Positions 18,788 through 25,547 of a DNA stretch of 25,547 nucleotides are shown piece by piece (position 1 is the stretch's first letter; the number at the start of each line of letters is the position of its first letter). Under the pieces are notes generated by a model that worked only from the letters and a program-made list of their open reading frames with translations, ran no database searches and was not told where the DNA came from. The stretch is taken from positions 1 to 25,547 of the forward strand of contig CAZHPN010000077.1 of the NCBI GenBank assembly GCA_964534375.1, written 5' to 3'. A program made the translations under genes and the position numbers. The stretch comes from an uncultured bacterium. Its GTDB lineage: Bacteria; Lernaellota; Lernaellaia; Lernaellales; Lernaellaceae.

Positions 18788-18982
18788 CGGCAGCTCAGGG
18801 GCGCCGGGTCCGCCCGCGACGGGCGCCTCGCCGGCCGCGTGTCGGCGCCGGAGGATTGCGTTCCGTTGCGCGAATCGGCAATACTGCGCGACGCATTGAA
18901 AATCCCGAGGTCGGGATCCACTTGAAAAGAACGCAAGAGCGGCGATCTGGAGGGCATCTCCGGGGGCCGAAGGAGCAAGACT

Positions 18983-19975
18983 TTGAACCGAATCGCGGGT
19001 CTCTTGTCCGCGGCCGTGCTGTTCGCCGCCGCGCTTGGCGCGTGCGCGTCGCCGAAAACTGTTCGGCCCGCGGCGACGCCCGCCGCCGGCGGCGCGGCCG
19101 AGCAAGTCAACATTTTCGTCGATCTGTACGATCTGTGGAAACTGAACATGCAGGACGGCACGTATAGCGCCGATTTTGCGGTCATGACGGTGTGGAAAGG
19201 GGATTTGGCGCCCGAGATCGAAATCATGAATGGCTCGGAAAAAAAGGCGGAGTTTCAACCGGACTATCCGGACACGAACGGCTATCACGTGCGGCCGGCC
19301 CGCTACGAGGTTGAATTTCGCTCCGATCTGAATTTCGCCAATTATCCGCTGGATCGCCAAACGTTGAAACTGGTCTTGGAATCGAAAGTTTTAGAGACGG
19401 ACAAGATGGTTTTTTTTACGCGGCCCAAGCAAAACAAATTCTATTCGCCGCCGCATCTGATCGGCTGGGAAGTCCATGAGCCGGACTGCCGCGTCGAGAC
19501 GAAAACCTACGATCAGGAGACCGTTGCCGGCGTCGTCGAACATTTCCCCTATTCGCGTCTGGTTTGCAACGTGGTGATCGAGCGCAGCCAGCGACTGCGG
19601 TTGTTGTTCAAACTCGCCATCCCGCTGCTCATTTCCGTGCTGCTGGTCTTCGTCGGTTTCATCTTGCCGCCCGAAAAAACCGATACGCGCTTCACGATTG
19701 CCGTCGCCAGCGTGTTTGGCGTATTGGGCTCGCAACTGATTTACCAGCAGAGCTTGCCGCCTATCGCCTCGATCGTGCTGATCGAGTGGGTGCACATCAT
19801 CGGTCTGCTGACCGTGCTTTCCGTATTGTGCGTCTACGCCTGGAGCGCCCGGTTGGCCGGCCAGGCAAAGCCGCGGGAAACGATCGCCGCCTGGGAACGG
19901 AAAGGGCTGAAATACGCGATCTGCGTGTTTGCCGGCTGCAACCTGCTGCTGCTCGTGAGCCGGCTGCTGTTTTAA
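18983..19975 (+). CDS. Prokaryotic pentameric ligand-gated ion channel (GLIC/ELIC-like) with lipoprotein signal
   Basis: YSADF....W beta strand, EIMN, Pro-loop LNFANYPLDRQTL, IGW, IER before M1, and four TM helices with Pro in M1 and LP in the M2-M3 loop. Lipobox LGAC. AAGGAG RBS with TTG start. Confidence 0.82.
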   Translation: MNRIAGLLSAAVLFAAALGACASPKTVRPAATPAAGGAAEQVNIFVDLYDLWKLNMQDGTYSADFAVMTVWKGDLAPEIEIMNGSEKKAEFQPDYPDTNGYHVRPARYEVEFRSDLNFANYPLDRQTLKLVLESKVLETDKMVFFTRPKQNKFYSPPHLIGWEVHEPDCRVETKTYDQETVAGVVEHFPYSRLVCNVVIERSQRLRLLFKLAIPLLISVLLVFVGFILPPEKTDTRFTIAVASVFGVLGSQLIYQQSLPPIASIVLIEWVHIIGLLTVLSVLCVYAWSARLAGQAKPRETIAAWERKGLKYAICVFAGCNLLLLVSRLLF

Positions 19976-20181
19976 GGAACAAGGAACAAGGAAAAAGGAA
20001 AAAGTCGACGCCCCGTTCGTTCGCCGTCATTGTGCCGGCGTTACCGTTTGAACTTTCCCATCAATCCCACGTTTCCCATGTTTGGGTCGAAAGTGTGCTC
20101 GCGTTAAAAGGATAGTCGTACACGCTGATGACGGGCGGTCTGCTTTCTTATTTTTTCCTTTTTCCTTTTTCCTTGTTCATT
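19974..20181. repeat. Inverted heptamer arrays flanking the gap between convergent genes
   Basis: AAGGAAC AAGGAAC AAGGAAA AAGGAAA (19974-20001) versus TTTCCTT x3 plus GTTCATT (20154-20181). Internal 9-mer repeat with TCCCAY core x3 (20055-20081). Confidence 0.8.
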
Positions 20182-20188
20182 CTCCGCC

Positions 20189-22831
20189 CTATTGTTCTCC
20201 GAAATCGCCCACCTTCGCGACGACGATGTTTTCCAACGTCAGGTATTTCCGCGCGACCTTGGCCGCCAACGGGTCGGTGACGCGGCGAATCTGTTCGTCG
20301 AGCTTCAGATGGGTGCGATAGCCGAGGCCGAGCAATTCGTTGAGGCCGATGGTCAAGGCGACGCTGCCCGCCGTTTGCAAATCGAGTTGCTGGCTGCCGA
20401 TCAGTCGGCGCTTGGCGCGGCGGAGTTCCGCGCCGTGCGGCGGCTGGTCGAGCACGCGGCGCAACTGCGCGAGCATCGCCTCCTGCGCCCGGTCGGCGGA
20501 GGCGGCGTTGGTGGCGATGTAAACGCCGAACGTGCCGCGCTCGACCCCCTCGCGGAAAAAACTGTAGACGCTGTAGGCGAGGTGCAGCTTGTCGCGCAGT
20601 TCGAGAAACAGGCGGCCGCCCTGCCCCGAGAGCGCGGCGTTGAGCAGGTGCAGCGCGTGTTCGTCGGGCGAGGCGAGCGGACAGCCCAGGAAACCGGCGA
20701 AGATGTGCGTTTGCTCTTTCTTGCGCGACGCGGCGACGATGGTCGGCTCGGCGGCCGGCTTCGGCGACGGCAAGGCGAGCGGCTTGAACTTGCCCTGCTT
20801 CATCCGGCCGAACGCCTTGTCGACCTGGGCCACGGCGTCGTCGAAATCCACGTCGCCGGCCAGCGCGATGACGAGGTTTTTCGGGTGCAGCAGGCTGCGC
20901 CAATGCGCCTCAAGATCTTCGGCGTTGAGCCCTTGCAGCGATTCTTCCGTGCCGAGCAGCGGCCGGGCATAGGGATGGTCGCCGAACAGGGTCCGCATGA
21001 ACAGGTCGCGCGCGACCTGCGACGGCTCGTCGTTGTGCTCGCGGATCAGCCCGACCAGTTCGTCTTTCTTGCGTTTGACCTCCAGTTGCCGGAACCCCGG
21101 AGTCAACATCGCCTCGGCCGTCAATTCGATCGCCCGCGTAAAGTCGCGCGACAGAAATTCGGCCGCCACGCCGATCGAGTTCTGGCCGGAGAAACCGTGC
21201 AGGCTGCCGGCCATGCCCTCGACGATCTTCGCGAAGGTGATCGCGCTCTTCTCCTGCGTGCCGCGCGACAGCAGATGCGCGGTCAGGTTGGCGATGCCGC
21301 TCTGCTCGGCGCGTTCGGCCCGCAGCCCGCCCGCCAGCATCGCGCGAATCGCGACCAGCGGCGCGTGCGCCGATTCCTGCACCGCGACGCGCAAGCCGTT
21401 GGCCAGCGTGGCCATCTTCAGGCGGCCTTTGCGGCCGGCGAAGCCGACCAGCGCGGGCGCGACGCCGGGCCGGGATTTGCCGACGATTTTCGCGGTCGGC
21501 ACGGGCGCGACGTAGGCTTCGCGGGCGATCCGATCGAGGTCGGCCTCGGTGAAGGTGTCGTTGTCGGGCGTCAGCGCCGCGGCGGTGAGGTGGGCATGCG
21601 TCAGGAATTTTTGCGCCGCCTGCTTCAAGGTCGCGCGGTCGGCCGCCATGACGCGCCGCAGATAGTCTTCCTCCAGGCGGATATCGCCGGTGAGCGAGAC
21701 CGAGTAACCCAGCGAATGGCCGATGCCGCCCGCAGTTTCGTGCTTGCCGATGAACGCCGCCTCGAGATTGCGTTTGGCGCGTTCGAGTTCCTCTTCCTGC
21801 ACGGGCTCGACGCGCAGCCGATAGACCTCGCGCAGGATCGCGCCGACCGCCGCCGGCAGCAATTCGGGATTGGTCACGGCATCGACGCCGAAGATGCCGG
21901 GGTCGCGCGGCGCGAAGACGTGCGCCGAAACGTCATGGACGAGCTGCTTGATCGATTTGACCCGATGCTCGAGCCGCGACGAATCGCCGTGGCTGAGGAT
22001 CATCGAGAGCAAATCGAGTTCCGCGGCGTACGGCTCCTGCCAGTTCGTGCCGCGCCACGCGAGATACAAATGCGACTGGCGAATCGGATCGCGCAGCACG
22101 AGGCTCTGAAAAGCCGTTTGCGGCGGCTCGACCGCCCGCGGCGCCCGCTTGACCGCCCCGCCCCGCCAGCCGCCGAAGAGGTTGTGGATCAGCTTCATCG
22201 TTTTGTCGCGGTCGAAATCGCCGGCGACCGAGAGCACCATGTTGCCGGGCCGGTAGCGCTGCTTGTAGAAGCGCAGCACGTCCGCGCGGCGCAGCGGCGA
22301 CAGCGACGCCGGCGAACCGAGAATCGGCCGGCCGTAGGGGTGCGTGCCAAACACCTTGGCCCAGCAGCTTTCGGAAACGTGATGCGCCGGCAAATCGCGG
22401 TAGAGGCGGATTTCCTCGAGCACGACTTCGATTTCTTTTTTGAGCTCGTGCGGGTCGAACGCGGCGCCGCCGACCGCGTCGGCGATGATGTCGAGGCCCA
22501 GCGCCAGTTCGTCTTTGCCGAGCGTCAGGTAGTAGCAGGTCTGGTCGTACGACGTGAAGGCGTTGATCTCGCCGCCCGCGCCCTCGACTTCGGCCGCGAT
22601 CTGGCCGAGGCCGCGCCGCGCCGTGCCTTTGAAAATCATGTGCTCGTGCAAATGCGCGAGGCCGGCTTCGGCGGGCGTCTCGTCGGCGCTGCCGACGTTG
22701 ACCCACATCGAAACCGAGACCACCGGGGCGAACCCGACCGGCTGCAAGACAACCCGCAGGCCGTTGGGGAGCGCGGTCAGGACGGCGGGATCGGATTTTC
22801 GATCATCCCGGCTTGCGCCAGCTTTTGCCAC
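20189..22831 (-). CDS. M16 family zinc metallopeptidase (pitrilysin/PqqL-like, fused two-half form)
   Basis: LPNGLRVV, GLAHLHEHMIFKGT (HxxEH), INAFTSYDQT. The second half has degenerate TAHLLSRGT. GTG start at 22831 after AAGGAGG. Confidence 0.93.
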   Translation of the reverse strand: MAKAGASRDDRKSDPAVLTALPNGLRVVLQPVGFAPVVSVSMWVNVGSADETPAEAGLAHLHEHMIFKGTARRGLGQIAAEVEGAGGEINAFTSYDQTCYYLTLGKDELALGLDIIADAVGGAAFDPHELKKEIEVVLEEIRLYRDLPAHHVSESCWAKVFGTHPYGRPILGSPASLSPLRRADVLRFYKQRYRPGNMVLSVAGDFDRDKTMKLIHNLFGGWRGGAVKRAPRAVEPPQTAFQSLVLRDPIRQSHLYLAWRGTNWQEPYAAELDLLSMILSHGDSSRLEHRVKSIKQLVHDVSAHVFAPRDPGIFGVDAVTNPELLPAAVGAILREVYRLRVEPVQEEELERAKRNLEAAFIGKHETAGGIGHSLGYSVSLTGDIRLEEDYLRRVMAADRATLKQAAQKFLTHAHLTAAALTPDNDTFTEADLDRIAREAYVAPVPTAKIVGKSRPGVAPALVGFAGRKGRLKMATLANGLRVAVQESAHAPLVAIRAMLAGGLRAERAEQSGIANLTAHLLSRGTQEKSAITFAKIVEGMAGSLHGFSGQNSIGVAAEFLSRDFTRAIELTAEAMLTPGFRQLEVKRKKDELVGLIREHNDEPSQVARDLFMRTLFGDHPYARPLLGTEESLQGLNAEDLEAHWRSLLHPKNLVIALAGDVDFDDAVAQVDKAFGRMKQGKFKPLALPSPKPAAEPTIVAASRKKEQTHIFAGFLGCPLASPDEHALHLLNAALSGQGGRLFLELRDKLHLAYSVYSFFREGVERGTFGVYIATNAASADRAQEAMLAQLRRVLDQPPHGAELRRAKRRLIGSQQLDLQTAGSVALTIGLNELLGLGYRTHLKLDEQIRRVTDPLAAKVARKYLTLENIVVAKVGDFGEQ

Positions 22832-24339
22832 AGATCCTCCTTCACCATCAGGTGTATTTTCCAGCCCGGAAAGACGGGATACACGCCGAACGTATGATAT
22901 TCCCCGTCCAGGTGCTCCTGGTATTCCTTCATTTCGTTTTCGCGGATCAACGCCACCGGTTGCGCGATCTTGTCCCGGGCGCTCAATTTTTCGAAGTAAA
23001 CCTTGATTTTCTTGATGTTGAACGGGTGCAGATAGAAGCGGCCGGGATTCTTGGAGCCCGACGACAAGGCGATCGGAATCTCCCGCCCGCGGCCGTCGAC
23101 TTCCGCGATCCGATCCAGGTCGACGTACATTTTTTCGTATTCGCGCTGCGTTTGCACGTAGACGATATCGTGTTTGATCGGCTCGTCTTTGCTGTTGTAG
23201 TTGAAATCGTACTCCTGAAAATTGACGCGGTACGAGAAATAGCCGTAATAGCCCAGCATCGCCAGCGCCACGACCGCCAGCGCGGCCTTCGCCTCGCGCC
23301 GCGGCAGCACGCGCCACAGATCGCCGAACCCTTCGGCGGACAGCAAAATCCACGACACGCCCATCGAGATGATGCACCAAGGCGTCTTGTAGGGAATCAC
23401 GCTGTAGATGGTCGTCAGCCCGAAAGCGATGATCGCCAGGGCGATGCCTCGCGGCCGCGGCAGCCGGAGCGACCGGACCGTGCCCCACAGCGCGAACGGC
23501 AAAACCGGCCAGTAGTACTCGCCGATCAATTTGGGGAAGTAATACCAGGGCTTCACGTGCGTCGGCGCCGACACGCCCGTCTGGAACCAGGGCATGTACG
23601 AGCGGAAAAACTCCAGCAGGCCCTTCGGGTAATGGCCGAAGCTGCTGTAGAAACCGAGGTACATCAGCGCGGTGATGGACAAACCGATCGCCACCGGTTC
23701 CCAGCCCCCGAAGCCCAGCAGCGTCCGCGGAAAAAACGGCTCGGCCGGCTGGAAGCGGCGCGTGACCAGCCACGCCGCCGCGATCGCCGCGGTGAAGACG
23801 ACGACGTGAAATGCGGCCGTCTCTTTGTTCATGAACGACAGGGCCAACGCCACATAGAAGAGCACCGTCGCCCACCATTTGCCGGTGCGGTTCGCTTCGA
23901 TCATCGTCAGCACGCCGCCGACAAAGCCGATGGTGAAATACACCTCGTGCAGGTAGGTCTTGCCGTAGTAGATATCGGCCGGCGACAGCGCCAGCGCCGC
24001 CGCCGCGAACAGCGCGCCCGGCGGGCTGATCCCCCGCGCCAGCAGCAGCACGAGCACGACCGTCAGCAGGCTGCACACCGCCGGCGCCGCGCGCAGCGTC
24101 GTCTTGGAAAAGCCCGCGAGCGCCACGACCGGCAGATCGATGTAATAAATGAAGGGGCCGTGGTAGGCGGTGGAGTTGTATTTGTAGTCGTTCTTCCAGA
24201 GCAGGTTCCGCGTGAATACGTAGTTGACGCATTCGTCATGGTGGATCGGCTTGAGTTCCAAGCCCGTCAGCCGAAAGAAAGCGGCGACGATGACGATGAG
24301 CAACGCCGCTGCCAGAAATATCTTCTGAGGTGATTTCAT
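22777..24339 (-). CDS. TIGR03663/Agl23-like GT-C (ArnT/PMT-like) membrane protein
   Basis: RLTGLELKPIHHDE...YKYNSTAYHGP, NKET, HVKPWYYF, IPYKTPW, YVQT. Start at 24339 or 24348. Confidence 0.8.
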   Translation of the reverse strand: MKSPQKIFLAAALLIVIVAAFFRLTGLELKPIHHDECVNYVFTRNLLWKNDYKYNSTAYHGPFIYYIDLPVVALAGFSKTTLRAAPAVCSLLTVVLVLLLARGISPPGALFAAAALALSPADIYYGKTYLHEVYFTIGFVGGVLTMIEANRTGKWWATVLFYVALALSFMNKETAAFHVVVFTAAIAAAWLVTRRFQPAEPFFPRTLLGFGGWEPVAIGLSITALMYLGFYSSFGHYPKGLLEFFRSYMPWFQTGVSAPTHVKPWYYFPKLIGEYYWPVLPFALWGTVRSLRLPRPRGIALAIIAFGLTTIYSVIPYKTPWCIISMGVSWILLSAEGFGDLWRVLPRREAKAALAVVALAMLGYYGYFSYRVNFQEYDFNYNSKDEPIKHDIVYVQTQREYEKMYVDLDRIAEVDGRGREIPIALSSGSKNPGRFYLHPFNIKKIKVYFEKLSARDKIAQPVALIRENEMKEYQEHLDGEYHTFGVYPVFPGWKIHLMVKEDLWQKLAQAGMIENPIPPS

Positions 24340-24401
24340 CCGGCGCATCTTGTCACAGCGGGCGGGCGACGGTCAACGGGTTTGTGCAGGGGCGCCCCGT
24401 T

Positions 24402-24488
24402 CGGGCCGCTTCCGGCGCGGCCGAGGGCGGCGGCGCCGCACACGGGTCGCTTCCGGCACGGCCGAGGGCGGCGGCGCCGCAGATGGGC
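24402..24488. repeat. 41-bp tandem repeat (2 copies), REP-like
   Basis: CGCTTCCGGC(G/A)CGGCCGAGGGCGGCGGCGCCGCA at 24407 and 24448. Confidence 0.85.
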
Positions 24489-24718
24489 TCGCACGGCCGC
24501 TCGTTTTTTTCGCGGCGCAACCGGCTTTTCCTCAACGATTATTTACGCTAGGATAAGTATGCAACTAAGCAGATCGCTCGCGCTTGCGGGCGGCCGTGCG
24601 ACGGCCGGCCGCGAGGGCGATTGAATTTTTTCGGGCGTCAGGGACGTATCCGACAGGGGCGGCCGGGTTGCGCGCCGTGGGTTCCATGGCGTGAAGAACC
24701 TCGGTCTTGGCGGCTTAA

Positions 24719-25547
<829 letters not shown>

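Noticed and set aside
18800..18850. GC-rich hairpins after the second epimerase as an intrinsic terminator
   Set aside because: There is no U-tract, and such stems are common by chance at this GC content.
20148..20180. Mini-ORF MNKEKGKRKK on the minus strand
   Set aside because: It is a by-product of the heptamer array, and the GGAG is too close to the ATG to act as an SD.
20192..22897. Long antisense ORFs (also 3742..5874, 13363..14964, 22813..24333, 24725..25513)
   Set aside because: These mirror real genes on the opposite strand, as expected in high-GC DNA, and carry no recognisable motifs.
22832..24232. N-terminal 467 codons of the 1347-aa ORF (20189..24232)
   Set aside because: This is an Arg/Gly/Ala-rich off-frame shadow of the GT-C gene. 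The peptidase has its own AAGGAGG-GTG start at 22831.
24402..24488. Possible CRISPR array
   Set aside because: There are only two adjacent units, no spacer-length unique sequence and no cas genes.

Overview
High-GC bacterial chromosomal segment, probably from a deltaproteobacteria-like lineage (inferred from the MreB N-terminus). A near-consensus parS site suggests it lies near the replication origin. From left to right it contains: (1) a redox/aldehyde-detoxification cassette (aldo-keto reductase, flavodoxin, SDR, Zn-alcohol dehydrogenase, CMD protein, AraC regulator); (2) a secreted metallophosphoesterase; (3) a minus-strand 4Fe-4S protein/MarR/iron-sulfur flavoprotein operon with a palindromic operator; (4) a compositionally distinct two-gene module beside tRNA-Glu and tRNA-Lys, consisting of an apparently internally deleted DUF6036/AbiEii-like nucleotidyltransferase and a wHTH protein, with a leaderless promoter that contains a perfect inverted repeat (putative disarmed toxin-antitoxin or defence module); (5) an AftB-like GT-C gene split by one in-frame TAG; (6) a translationally coupled operon encoding a flippase-like protein, a small subunit, a GMC oxidoreductase, two extended SDRs and a GT-C membrane protein, which may modify a lipid-linked sugar; (7) a prokaryotic pentameric ligand-gated ion channel with a lipoprotein signal; (8) an M16 peptidase and a TIGR03663-like GT-C; (9) the 5' part of mreB. 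Two inverted heptamer-repeat cassettes and a 41-bp REP-like tandem repeat sit in intergenic spaces. All family calls come from motif recognition by eye; no database searches were run.
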